DNA of 63,909 nucleotides from Pocillopora damicornis (GCF_003704095.1 NW_020847472.1:372092-436000), one strand, 5' to 3'; counted from the stretch's first letter, positions 1 to 12,213 are shown. Notes: generated by a model not told the origin, from the sequence alone. Numbers and translations are program-made.

Positions 1-1
1 G

Positions 2-1840
2 ACTAAACTTCAAACTCTTGATTTGTTCCACAATGAACTCACAAAGATTCCTAAAGAACTGTTGAATCTTAAGATGCTCTTGAGACTGGACTTGGATAAA
101 AATAAATTTAAACTGAAAGCATGGAAAGTCCCAAAGTTGACAAAGCAAGTTAAATATCCAGACAGAGATCCGAGCTTGAAAGAAGACTGGCGTGGAAAGG
201 TGAGGGAGGATTATATCGACACTGGTGAGGTAAAAACTATTGAGATACTTAATGATGTCAATGATACAAGTGAAGATGACTCTGATGAGGATGATGTTGA
301 TGGCCTAAGTTATAGTGAAGCAGCTTTAGAATATGCCATGAAAAGAAGTTTGTCAATTTGGAAGTCACATGAAGGTGGGTAATTTCAGAATTGGCTTTGG
401 ATCATGTTCAATTCTCAGATCTAGAGCTTATTTGTGCAAAGTCCTGATCACTTAACCTTTTCACTCCCAAGATCTCATCAGTAATTCTCCTTGCTGTCTG
501 CCATACAATCTTTACAAGGTTACTTTGGAGAATTTGGTATTTGATCTAGTAAATTTTGTGATAATCCCCTCAGTGATATTTTCTTATTATCATCCCTTGT
601 CTGCTTGATATTGTAAGGAGAAATTATGTCTTTGTCACTCATGAGAGTTAAAGGGTTAACAGAACTGAAGCAATGTTTTTAATTCTAAATCGTGGGGCAG
701 GTCTTAGCTCAAAAACCTTTCCATTTATTTTTGTTTCCTGATATCTGTATTGTTACCCTTAAATAACTTTTATTTTGCTCTTTTTGATTTGGAACATGGT
801 AAACAAAACAATTTTGTAGGACCAGTAACTTCAGGACTTTATAACCCTTTGACTGCAAAGATTGACTAGCATCTAATTTCTCCTTCCAATATAACCCCTG
901 AGTCAAACATTAAGGTCATGAGAATAAAGGAAATGATCAGCAACTAAAGAAGCTCTTGAATGTTCAACAAATTCTCCTTGTCAGCACCCTAGGAAATGTA
1001 TAGAGAGCAGTATGGAGAATATGCATGCTGATGTTAGGGTGTAAAGGATTATGGGAAATGAGCTTCTGATGTCACCTGTAGAGCCTCTATATTCCACACA
1101 TTCCTCTCCTGTATCCCTTCATCCTTCTTCTTTTGTCCAATCTGTCCCCCAGCCCCACCTCCCTCTTTACCTTTAAGGCATTTTATCCACTTATTCAATT
1201 ATTTAAATTAACCTTTTTTTTTCTCTTTGCAACAGGCCCAGATGAGAGAGAAGTTCATGATAGAGAACAAACTACAAGAGGTTTAATTCCCAAGTTTCCC
1301 TCAAAATACCAACCTCAGGAGACAGAGACCATTGTTGAACTTTCTAAAACCATTTATACTGAAATTTTCGAAGATGCCGATGATTTATCTGAGAATGAGT
1401 CCAATATGAGAAGTCTAGCTCAGTTGGAAGACCATACAGACACAAAAAATGCGAGCATCAACGATCTATCAAATGGAGCTCTCTTAGAAGGACCTCAGCA
1501 AGATGGACCTCAGTCAAGAGGGTCTCTGTCAGATGGGCCATTGCCAAGTGCACTGGACACAGTTGAGGACTGGGATAAGGAGATTGAAGATTCCTTGGCT
1601 TACAATCTTGTACTGGAAACGTTTAAGCAAAGGAGTTATAACAAAGTTAATTTTCAAAACCAACTGCAAAACTTGCTTTACTCCTATCCTCCTGCATCCC
1701 AAGCCTTCACCAAGACAGCAAACTATGAATCAGCTGTTTACTCATTCCCTGCACCACATCTGTGCAGTGATCAGGTGTCTTGCTCCTTAGATGCTGGGCA
1801 GTTTGATGATGCTGATGAGGAGGTGCTTGCTAAATTGTGA
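2..1840 (+). CDS. 3' part of a spliced leucine-rich-repeat protein with an acidic, COPRS-like C-terminal tail (exons <2..374 and 1236..1840)
   Basis: The frame is open from the window start and shows LRR consensus (LQTLDLFHNELTKIPKELLNLKMLLRLDLDKNKF). Donor GAAG|GTGGGT at 375 and polypyrimidine-CAG acceptor at 1235 are both phase 1 and join in frame (SHE-G-PDERE). The last exon carries EDWDKE and GQFDDAD. AATAAA lies at 2015-2020. Confidence 0.75.
452..659. mobile_element. Non-autonomous TTAA-flanked MITE (piggyBac-like ends), intronic
   Basis: Left end TTAACCTTTTCACTCCCAAGA and right end TCATGAGAGTTAAAGGGTTAA are imperfect terminal inverted repeats bounded by TTAA. Confidence 0.7.
841..1052 (+). 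mobile_element. ~210-bp MITE, dispersed family (further copies at 16984-17165 and 24960-25146)
   Basis: AACCCTTT...AAAGGATT ends. The internal sequence (gtcatgagaataaaggaaatgatca...aaattctccttgtcagcac...gtatggagaatatgcatgctgatg) recurs at 24960-25146 and in reverse at ~16984-17165. Confidence 0.7.
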
Positions 1841-2339
1841 GTCTTGTTTAAGATACATCTTGTTTGAAGTTTTAGCCAATATCATCAGTTATGCTCTGAA
1901 CCTCAGAGGTTTAGTATCACATTTGTTGTGTTACATTTGTAAATTTTAGATGGAATGAATTAGCTATTCCTTTTTTCTTGTCCTGTGTATTTTTTGTTGT
2001 ACAACTGTAAGGTAAATAAATCCCAGTTGATAGAGCAGAGTATTTCTACTAACTCATAGTTTTGTTTTTTACCGAACATTGTGGTTAAACTAGAGCAATC
2101 ATGTTAATGTATTTTTCATAACGGCAGTTTAGAGAGTTTAGTTGCGAGTCTGTCGTTGAAATAATGATTAAAAAGGTGCTCTCCCAATTATCCATGTTTT
2201 TTTTTTTTCATCTCCCTTACGAGACCCCACGCAAGGACCTAAAGAACCTCTTTTTGTCTCAGTAGAGTCAATCTCGTGCCTGTTGTACACAATTTTCGGA
2301 AGCGTGTATACACGCGCGCAAGTGAGGGAAACTAACCTA

Positions 2340-2504
2340 AATTGTTTTTAGCAGGTAATTTAGTGTTAACAACTGAGTTGAAAACGCAAATTGACTACCG
2401 TAAAGAGTTTAAACGCTGTCGTTTCGAGCGTTGGCTTTGTTACCTCCCCTCTGATTTACATTTTCAACAAAGTTGTTAACGCTAGATTACCAGCTATACT
2501 CTCT

Positions 2505-2547
<43 letters not shown>

Positions 2548-2552
2548 ATAAA
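2340..2552. repeat. Palindromic interspersed repeat (ctctcaccgacgcagcaccacagtttctttagaaac family)
   Basis: The same core recurs at ~6130-6195, 6590-6657, 8605-8660, 29018-29058 and 37790-37920. Internal inverted arms: agcaggtaatttagtgttaacaac / gttgttaacgctagattaccagct. Confidence 0.65.
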
Positions 2553-3303
2553 TTGTTTTTAAACAGGCATCGGAACACAATTTGTAGCAAAAGGAAGTAT
2601 CTTTTGTTTCTTTCTTTCTTGTCCATACACCAAGACTTTTAACAAGCAATTTAGGCTGCCTGTGATACACTGTGCATCCTGAATGCGCATTTTTTCACGC
2701 GAAATTTCAGTTTCGTACCCCCGTGGTCACGGGAAGGGGTGGTGTGACCTCTGAGAACGAGATGGACGTAATATGCGCTAGCGGCTTCAGCATCATAAAA
2801 TACCTATATTCTTGGAATACAGAAACACACTGACGAATTGTAGTTAGTCTCCATTATACGCGGACAGAGAGCTATTCACCCATTTTTGGGAACGGGGGGA
2901 ACTCATTTACTGTGGGGGGGTGGGAAATGCCCTTTAGTTTTTATTTGCGAATATAAAGCACCTTTCTAAAATGTGAAAATTTGAAATCCTGGTTGTCTGA
3001 GGTTTCTTAACTCAAAATTTACATACAAATAATTTTGCTCTCGCGTGCTATGATTTTCATTCCTTCATTTTTTTAACCACCTGGTCTTTTTGTTTGTTTT
3101 CTTTTTTCCTTTTGTTTTTGTGCCTTTTACTTTTTTGTATGGAAAGTTGATCGTGACTGACTCTTAAAATAGAAGTGACATGTGACGTCTCCTTTGAATT
3201 TTGGAAACTGTTTCCTTTTATAAATCAGGTGATAAATTTGGAAACAACGTTACTGTTGTAAAACAGTTGTCGGTTAACATTGCTTTCTTGCGTTTGTTTT
3301 TCC

Positions 3304-3843
3304 ATGGAACGACTCGACCGTGTTGTCTTGTGGCATATTGCAAGTTTCCTCGGTCCTGCAGATATTGCGCATTTCCGAGGAACTTGTCGGAGGTTATACT
3401 CATTGCTGCCCCAGGTTACTGTGACTAAAGATCTGTGGGAAGGAAATGACTTTCATATCCTCGGTTCACGTACACAACACTGGTGTCCTGAAAAGTACTT
3501 CGACGGACCAATACTCGTGGGTAATTTGCTTAAGCTAGAATTGTCGGTTGTGTGGAAGGACCAAGGCTGGGGGAACAAAAAAGGAGAGCTGTTCGCCTAT
3601 TTGATGAGACCAAGTCGTACAGGAGAACCAGTTAAGATTGCCGAACACAGAAGATTGCTTGGCATCGCAGACCATTGCCAAACGGAACCAAATACAGAGA
3701 TCGGTAGAGAGTCCGCTATTGTGGCCAAGTCGAAGAAAGGGGATTTTTGCAGATTTATGAGAAACGCTGGCGGTGGAGGAGGACATGAACTGTTCGTAAA
3801 TAAATTTCAGGTCAAGGCTACAATATGTGAAGTGGAGTTTTAA
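3304..3843 (+). CDS. Single-exon F-box-like protein (179 aa) with an uncharacterised C-terminal WKDQGWGN/GGGGGH domain, copy 1
   Basis: ATG at 3304. The N-terminus LDRVVLWHIASFLGPADIAHFRGTCRRLYSLL fits the F-box pattern. The frame is conserved in three other copies. Confidence 0.8.
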   Translation: MERLDRVVLWHIASFLGPADIAHFRGTCRRLYSLLPQVTVTKDLWEGNDFHILGSRTQHWCPEKYFDGPILVGNLLKLELSVVWKDQGWGNKKGELFAYLMRPSRTGEPVKIAEHRRLLGIADHCQTEPNTEIGRESAIVAKSKKGDFCRFMRNAGGGGGHELFVNKFQVKATICEVEF

Positions 3844-4827
3844 ACTTAGTTTATTTGAAAAGTTTGATCAATTCAAAACGAGTGAACATATAACTGGTAT
3901 TCATCGCTTTGAAGACAACTCGCATCAGAGGAGCGGTATTTGAACCATATTTTTTAGTGGTCAATGTGATTGTCAAAAGGTATCCAATTCAAACTGAGAC
4001 TCAGAGAGGTAAAAAATCTCAGGGATTAAGAATGTTCTCTAGTCATGACCACTGTTTTCTTTCAAGATCAACTGAGTTCCTGAATTGAATAATACGACCA
4101 AGTTAGCCTTAAGCTAGCCAAACATGAATTTATAACCAAAATTAAAAAAAAACAATGAGATAAAAAGTTAAATGCGTATGTAAAAACTGAAACAAAATGG
4201 ACGTTTTAACCTAGGAGCAATGATTATTATTATGAATTATCTAAAACGGGCTGCCAAACCGAAATTGATTTTCAAAAGCCCCCTCTGNNNNNNNNNNNNN
4301 NNNNNNNNNNNNNNNNNNNNNNNNNNNNNNNNNNNNNNNNNNNNNNNNNNNNNNNNNNNNNNNNNNNNNNNNNNNNNNNNNNNNNNNTTTGAAAATCAAT
4401 TTCGGTTTGGCAGCCCGTTTTAGATAATTCGTAACAATAATCATTGCTCCTCGGTTAAAACGTGCGTTTTGTTTCAGTTTTTACATACTCATTTTATTTT
4501 TTATCTCATTGTTTTTTTTTTAAATTTTGGTTATAAATTCAGGTTTGGCTAGCTTAAGGCTAGTTTAAGGCTAGCTTGGTCGTATTATTCAATTCAGGAA
4601 CTCAGTTGGTCTTGAAAGAAGGCAGTGGTCATGAATAGAGAATATCCTTAATCCCTGGGATTTTTTCCCTCTCTGAGTCTCTGAGTTTGAATCGGATACC
4701 CTTTGAAAATCACATTGACAACTAAAAAATATTTTTCAAATACCGCTCCTCTGATGTGAGTTGTCTTCAAAGCGATGAATACCAGTTATATGAATTCGTT
4801 TTGAATTGATCAAAATTTTCAAATAAA

Positions 4828-5373
4828 CTAAGTTTCACACTCCACTTCACATATTGTAGCCTTGACCTGAAATTTATTTACGAACAGTTCATGTCCTCCT
4901 CCACCGCCAGCGTTTCTCATAAATCTGCAAAAATCTCCTTTCTTCGACTTGGCCACAATAGCGTACTCTCTACCGATCTCTGCATTCGGTTTCGTTTGGC
5001 AATGGTCTGCGATGCCAAACAATCTTCTGTGTTCGGCAATCTTAACTGGTTCTCCTGTACGACTTGGTCTCATCAAATAGGCGAACAGCTCTCCTTTTTT
5101 GTTCCCCCAGCCTTGGTCCTTCCACACAACCGAAAGTTCTAGCTTCAGCAAATTACCTGCGAGTATTGGTCCGTCGAAGTACTTTTCAGGACACCAGTGG
5201 CCTTCACGTGAACCGTGGATATGAAAGTCATTTCCTTCCCACAGATCTTTAGTCACAGTAACCTTGGGCAGCAATGAGTACAACCTCCGACAAGTTCCTC
5301 GGAAATGCGCAATATCTGCAGGATCGAGGAAACCTGCAATATGCCACAAGAAAACACGGTCGAGTCGTTCCAT
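4828..5373 (-). CDS. Single-exon F-box-like protein (181 aa), copy 2 (paralog or allele of copy 1)
   Basis: ATG at 5373 and an intact frame, with about a dozen amino-acid differences from copy 1. Confidence 0.8.
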   Translation of the reverse strand: MERLDRVFLWHIAGFLDPADIAHFRGTCRRLYSLLPKVTVTKDLWEGNDFHIHGSREGHWCPEKYFDGPILAGNLLKLELSVVWKDQGWGNKKGELFAYLMRPSRTGEPVKIAEHRRLFGIADHCQTKPNAEIGREYAIVAKSKKGDFCRFMRNAGGGGGHELFVNKFQVKATICEVECET

Positions 5374-6130
5374 GGAATAACAAACGCAAGCAAGCAATGT
5401 TAACCGACAACTGCTTTGCAACAGTAACGTTGTTTCCAAATTTATCTCCTGATTTATACAACAAACAGTTTCCAATTCAAAGGAGACGTCAAATGTCACT
5501 TCTATTTGAAGAGTCAGTCACGATCAATTTTCCATACAAAAAAGTAAAAGGCACAAAAACAAAAGGAAAAAAGAAAACAAACAAAAAGACCAAGTGGATA
5601 AAAAAAATGAAGGAATGAAAATCATAGCATGCGAAGGCAAAATTATTTGTATGTAAATTTTGAGTTAAGAAACCTCAGACGACCAGGATTTCAAATTTTC
5701 ATATTTTAGAAAGGTGCTTTATATTCGCAAATAAGAACTAAAGGGCATTTCCCACCCCTCAAAGTAAATGGGTTCCCCCCGCTCCCAAAAATGGATGAAT
5801 AGCTCTCTGTCCGCGTAAAATGGAGACTAACTATAATTCGTCAGTGTGTTTCTGTATTCCAAGAATATAGGTATTTTATGATGCTGAAGCCGCTAGCGCA
5901 TATTACTTCCATCTCGTTCTCAGAGGTCACACCACCCCCTCCCCAGGAGAACGTGACCACGGGGTACGAAACTGAAATTTCGCGTGAAAAAATGCGCATT
6001 CAGGATGCACAGTGTATCACAGGCAGCCTAAATTGCTTGTTAAAAGTCTTGGTGTATGAACAAGAAAGAAACAAAAGATACTTCCTTTTGCTACAAATTG
6101 TGTTCCGATGCCTGTTTAAAAACAATTTAT

Positions 6131-6179
<49 letters not shown>

Positions 6180-7275
6180 TATAGCTGGTAATCTACGATC
6201 CATCTGTCAGAATCAAGTCAAAGTATTCACAGCTTTCCGAGTTTCATGATCAGTTAATTTAACAGAGCTTATTTTCATATGTTAAGGCAGTACAAATATA
6301 TTTCTGCTAACAAAGAAGAGTGTTTATTTACAATTTAACTACGTTACAGCTACACTCAATTGCATACTCTGGCAATCTTCGTAAGAATTACCAGCTAGCT
6401 TGATGTCTAACACCTCAGACCCCAGATTGATTGATGTGGGTTTGAGTAGGCTCTGTCACTTGTTTGTGTTGTGTATTTTATAGAAAACTTCTTAATGTCA
6501 CAGTACCATTCTTCTTGGAGGGGTGCCATGATATTGATAGGTTAATTAGGAGAAAATACCTGAAAAGTCACCTTTAGAAACTCTAAAAACCAAATTATCT
6601 AGTTATACACCCCACTGATGCAGCACCACAGTTTCTTTGGAAACTTACACCCCTTATTTAGTTAGACTGACCAAACTCTTGGGGAGAAGGAAGTGCTTCT
6701 ACTTTCCCTAGTACTACTGAAGTGACTGCTATGAGCAATGAGTTAAGGGCCCACAGAGCCACTCAGCCTCAACATGAGGCCACCTTAAATGTGTTTGGGG
6801 CAGTGGTGAGAGTACTCACCATCCCCACTGTCTTCAATGTTTCATTTGACTCCTAAACTTGGCCTGGTACATTGTTCATGGTTTATGGTTCAGTTCATTG
6901 CGATTCTCATTTATGCCAGACCAAAATCAAAACATGATTCAGCCAACCCACAGTGCTAAAGTATAACTTTTTATTTCGCTGTTGCTTTCCATTGTCACAG
7001 CTCCATGTACCATAATTTGCTGTCTTTCAATTTTTCCTGTCTTTGAGATAGAACATAGCATAAATAAAGATGAGATGAAACTCTAGAGACAAATACCCAA
7101 TACATGCTTCACTCATGAAAATCCAAACCATGCACGTTTAGAGGTTATAATAAAAAAAATTACTGTAATCAGGACTAATCAGGAAAGGTTGTCTCATGAA
7201 GTACAAATTCTTCGATATGTGAGTCAGAGTTTTAAGCAAAAGGCCCACCAGTTTATTTAGTGAAACTAGATCATT

Positions 7276-7770
7276 TCAACTCTTGACTTCGCAAAGTGTA
7301 GCCTTGATTCTGAAGTTTTTAACTTTCAGTTGATGGCCTCCCCCGCCACCAGCATTCCTCATAAATCTTTAGAAATCCCCTTTTCTTGACTTAGCTATGA
7401 TGGGATCTTCTCTACCAAGAACTTTATGTGCCGTCTTTTCGTAGTGCTCTGCGATACCAAACAACTGTCGGCGTTCTGCTATCTGGAGGGGTTTTCCTGT
7501 ACGACTTGGTCGCATTAAATGGACGAACAATTCTCCTTTCCTGTTCCCAAAACCTTGATATTCCCATAGCACAGACGATTCTAGTTTTATCGCGTTACCC
7601 GGGAGTACTGGTCCGTCAAAATAATGTTCAAGAGCCCAGTGACCACCTCTCGGACCAAAAGATGTGAAAATCCTCTCCTTTCCACTGATACTCGGTCACA
7701 ACAACTTCAGGCAGCATTGAATGCATCCTACTACATGTCCTGCGTAAACAAACGATGTCTTTAACCGACT
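7276..7770 (-). pseudogene. F-box-like/DQGWG family pseudogene, copy 3
   Basis: Translates as KDIVCLRRTCSRMHSMLPEVVVTEYQWKGEDFHIF, then a +1 frameshift at the A-run 7657-7660, then GPRGGHWALEHYFDGP.... There is an in-frame TAA at 7369-7371 where copy 4 has TAT, the DQG motif is changed to YQG, and the N-terminal start is missing. Confidence 0.85.
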
Positions 7771-8176
7771 GTAGTTTTAAACAGCTACGTTACTCGGCCT
7801 TCTCCACTGTTTCACTGTCAATCCTTCCGCCTTGTCTTAAGTTCTAGAAGCTGCTGACTTCCAGAAACGAAAGCGAAACTTAAAACGGATGTGAATGATA
7901 ATTATCGCTAAAAACTTAAGCTTGTATTTCGATAAAAAAATCATAATGAAATATAACAACGAACATGAAATAGAACAGTTTTTTATACCACCAAAGGAAA
8001 CAAGCTTCGTTTTGGTTATTTTGGCCAAGAAATGTTAATGTTACTAAAATATAGTTCTTTTAATCAAATCCGTCACNNNNNNNNNNNNNNNNNNNNNNNN
8101 NNNNNNNNNNNNNNNNNNNNNNNNNNNNNNNNNNNNNNNNNNNNNNNNNNNNNNNNNNNNNNNNNNNNNNNNNNNN

Positions 8177-8508
8177 TACTCCCGGGTAACGCGATCAAAC
8201 TAGAATCGTCTGTGCTATGGGAAGATCAAGGTTTTGGGAACAGGAAAGGGGAATTGTTCGTTCATTTGATGCGACCAAGTCGTACAGGAAAACCNNNNNN
8301 NNNNGCAGAACACCGACAGTTGTTTGGTATCGCAGAGCACTACGAAAGGACGGCACATAAAGTGCTTGGTAAAGAAGATCCCATCATAGCTGAGTCAAGA
8401 AAAGGTGATTTCTATAGATTTATGAGNNNNNNNNNNGGCGGGGGAGGCCATCAACTGAAAGTTAAAAACTTCAGAGTCAAGGCTACACTTTGCGAAGTCA
8501 AAAACTGA
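8177..8508 (+). CDS. F-box-like/DQGWG family copy 4, 5' end lost in a gap
   Basis: LPGNAIKLESSVLWEDQGFGNRKGE...GGGGHQLKVKNFRVKATLCEVKN*. No stop in the visible part. It is the inverted counterpart of copy 3 across the 100-N gap at 8077-8176. Confidence 0.7.
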
Positions 8509-10076
8509 GATAATCGAGTTTCAATAAATAAACTGGTGTCCTTTTGCTTAAAACTCTGACTTACATATCAAAGAATTTGAGCTTCATGATACAACCTTTC
8601 CTAATAAGGGGTGTAAGTTTCCAAAGAAACTGTAGTGCTGCATCACTGGGATGTATAACANNNNNNNNNNNNNNNNNAGTTTCTAAAGGTGACTTTTCAG
8701 GTATTGTCTCCTAATTAATCTATCAGTATCATGGCACCCCTCCAAGAAGAATGGCACTGGGACATTAAGAAGTTTTCTATAAAATACACAACATAAAAAA
8801 GTGTCAGAGCCTACTCAAACCTACANNNNNNNNNNNNNNNNNNNNNNNNNNNNNNNNNNNNNNNNNNNNNNNNNNNNNNNNNNNNNNNNNNNNNNNNNNN
8901 NNNNNNNNNNNNNNNNNNNNNNNNNNNNNNNNNNNNNNNNNNNNNNNNNNNNNNNNNNNNNNNNNNNNNNNNNNNNNNNNNNNNNNNNNNNNNNNNNNNN
9001 NNNNNNNNNNNNNNNNNNNNNNNNNNNNNNNNNNNNNNNNNNNNNNNNNNNNNNNNNNNNNNNNNNNNNNNNNNNNNNNNNNNNNNNNNNNNNNNNNNNN
9101 NNNNNNNNNNNNNNNNNNNNNNNNNNNNNNNNNNNNNNNNNNNNNNNNNNNNNNNNNNNNNNNNNNNNNNNNNNNNNNNNNNNNNNNNNNNNNNNNNNGA
9201 CACCTTGATAACATTCCATAAATATTTCTGGTGTTCACAATTTTCTGACTTTCACAGGAATATCTTTTATTTATTTAGATCAAATATTATTCNNNNNNNN
9301 NNATATGTAGCTGTCAGTGATTGGGATTATATGCAACATGTAAGATGAATACTTCTATGGCCAATACTTGGCTAATTAACAATTAACTGTCTGTATTACT
9401 ATGAAGCTCTAGACTCTCAGGTATTTCAGGAAAATGTGAAAACTATGATTGAAGAACAAAAAAATTGAAAATAGTAACAAATTTCTTGATTTATACAGCA
9501 ATTAATATAGAACACAGTATCAATAAGTATAAAACTTAATCAAACTAAAATATATCAATAATAAAAGTTATTAAATATTGNNNNNNNNNNAGCAATAAGA
9601 AGCAAAAAATTGTTATCAATAATTTCATCATGTATAAATCAAAACATGGTAAAAGCTGCCATAAAAGAGNNNNNNNNNNACAACTAATGCTAATTTTCTT
9701 TGGTTGCCTCATTAGTAGTTCCAGGCTCCTCCTCTTCCCTTAAGAATGGAAAGGTATATAAACATATTCCAAAGTCAACAACTTTAACTAACCCCTCCCT
9801 AACTAATTGTTACCTGAGAATCATCCTTTCTATACCCTTACACCCTTACTTAATCCCTGCTTCATCAAAAAGTCCTTCTCACGAGTCAGAAGGAGTGAAC
9901 AAAAAAAAACATTGATGTTAGCATGCTGTGTCTCACCCCCAGCAAGGCTGTTCATTTATCAATCAAACCTATTTTATTAGTACCAAACAAGATGTCATAT
10001 GAGGAGANNNNNNNNNNNNNNNNNNNNNNNNNNNNNNNNNACAGTAGATTTGTAAGAAACTATAGTTTGCTCTTAA

Positions 10077-11493
10077 TCATTCATCAGGAAAGCCATTATC
10101 TTGCACAATTGTCCTATACACCTCAGCTGAAAGTTTTGGGGTCCGTGGTCGGTTGGGGTCATTAAAGTTTACATGATGAATGCCAAATCTAAATCGATAG
10201 CCATCATCCCATTCAAAGTTATCCAAAAGTGACCAAACAAAATATCCCTTCAATTTGACACCATCCAGTTTCACAGCTTTCAAAGCTTCATTGATATATC
10301 CTCTCAGATATGTGACACGGTCTCTGTCTTGGAGAGCAGCAGGCAACTCTAGATCATGTTCACCATGAGCACTGAAACCATTCTCAGTAACAATGATTTC
10401 CGGATCATTGTATTGTTCTTTCAACCACACCAGCATTTTGCGCATACCCCAAGGAACACAATATAACCAAGAGGGGTCCCCTGAAGAATACAATTGATAA
10501 AAAATAAATAAATAAATATCAGTTCTTTAAAATTTTATTTAGTACTACATTTATGACTACAAACAATAGAGGGCTTCATTTCATCTTTCAGATTGTTCTA
10601 AAGTATGATTCACATCATGATTATAAATGAACTACATTTTCTTACAGCTGGGTTTAATCAAACTGGAAATCCATAGATGGAGAATTATTATGACAGATAA
10701 AATAAAACAATGTAGTAAGTAGACAACAATAAACACCACAAATACTGCTGAAATGTGAGATTATTAAAAAGAATAACTGCTGAAATATGATTATCATGGT
10801 ATAAAGAAAAAAAGCCAATTAGGTGTGAAAATTTGAAACTGTAAGGCGTCATCTCAATGCCACAATATATAATTCTAACCTTTCAGCCATGTTGGATCCC
10901 GTGATGTCTTCATTTCCTGATCAGTAAAGTAACCCCATGTGACATTTTCCTCTTTGGACAAGTCATGATATTCTGCAAATGACACTGAATAGAAATTAAG
11001 AGCTAAAAAGTCAGCGGTGCCCTTGAGTAACCTCTTTTGTTCTGAAGTGAAGGATGGAAGCCTGCAATAAAAGTAAAAAACTGTAAACTGATGGTTGTTT
11101 ATCAGGGGGCAATAAGGGCAGTGAGTATAGACCTGTAGGGTGTCAGTCAAAATAACATTGTCATTGACATGAAATAGTAATTTCAGTCATGGTATCACAC
11201 TTAAATATGGTCTCAAACAAACCTGGAAGTCAGTCCTTGTGCTTTACTTTTCTCCAAAATGCGCTCCTTCATGATCTCGGGATAGTCACCATTCACAAAC
11301 ACCGGGTGGGCCATCCAACCCAGGAACCACTGCATGCCACGATCAGCTGCTTTGATATCTTCTTCCTTGTCAGTCTTGGGTTCAAACCACTGTGCATTAA
11401 CCACAATGCTCACCTTCCCTTTCTGCTTTTGTCTAAATTCCTTGTCGTAGGTGTGCCATGCTTTTGCATGGGCAAGCAACATGTTGTGACCAG
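10077..11493 (-). CDS. Glycoside hydrolase family 1 (lactase-phlorizin hydrolase/beta-glucosidase-like), last three exons: 11493-11223, 11061-10880, 10480-10077
   Basis: Motifs HNMLLAHAKAWH, GDYPEIM, KGTADFLALNFY, nucleophile motif VTENG, and WSLLDNFEW..GY..RFG. Canonical GT-AG junctions join in frame. Confidence 0.92.
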
Positions 11494-11916
11494 CTGCATC
11501 AAAATGAGCAAGAAAAACAGGTTCATTTAGAGANNNNNNNNNNNNNNNNNNNNNNNNNNNNNNNNNNNNNNNNNNNNNNNNNNNNNNNNNNNNNNNNNNN
11601 NNNNNNNNNNNNNNTTCAGGAAAATATTTTACCTTGGACTCAGATGCTGTCCATCAAAATGTTTTGCACCCCTAAGAATTATTTTTTCGTTCTTTTCACA
11701 TTTGTTGGATAGGTATGTACAAAGATTCCAAGCAACATATCAGCTCTTCAGAAAAGTAAAAAAAAAACCAGCCCTCCATCTTCATTCCTCCCAAAGAAGC
11801 CTTGCACAATTTGCATNNNNNNNNNNNNNNNNNNNNNNNNNNNNNNNNNNNNNNNNNNNNNNNNNNNNNNNNNNNNNNNNNNNNNNNNNNNNNNNNNNNN
11901 NNNNNNNNNNNNNNNN

Positions 11917-12213
11917 GCAACGAGGACGTGGAAAAACAAAAGATCTAATTAACAGAACAATAGCTCAACACGTGCGTTTTAAAACTTTGACATTTTGTGT
12001 CGTCTGCGAACCGAAACCGCGACGGCAAATTATTTTAATTTCCATTTGGAACTCAGCGCTTCTTTTATACGTTATGCTGAAGTTGAGGTGTGGCACCGCG
12101 CCGTATGAGACGGTAAACATGCAGCCATTTTTGAAATTCTAATTGAAGGCATAAATTCTTTTTTAATCGAAGTCTTCCTTGGAGTTGCCGTCCTGACTGC
12201 TCAAGGTCACTAT
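11917..12213. mobile_element. Probable non-autonomous DNA transposon/MITE fragment
   Basis: gcaacgaggacgtggaaaaacaaaag...gttgccgtcctgactgctcaaggtcacta resembles a common cnidarian palindromic repeat (recollection, not verified). The left end is cut by the gap. Confidence 0.4.

Larger units (their letters stand above)
2483..6195. repeat. ~1.8-kb inverted duplication (arms ~2483-4279 and 4388-6195) centred on a 100-N gap
   Basis: The arms are near-identical reverse complements in coding and non-coding sequence. The gap at 4288-4387 is exactly 100 N. Confidence 0.9.

Noticed and set aside
2410-2445. Hammerhead-ribozyme-like segment (minus strand ...cgctcgaaacgacagc)
   Set aside because: The GAAAC half is present but the CUGANGA core is missing, so it is at most a degenerate relic.
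3535-3786. Antisense ORFs overlapping the F-box, GH1, GPCR and beta-helix genes
   Set aside because: Shadow frames of real genes with no independent motifs.
8801-9238. Long ORFs made of X residues (also 28519-29543, 43967-44533, 57130-57717)
   Set aside because: Artefacts of N runs.
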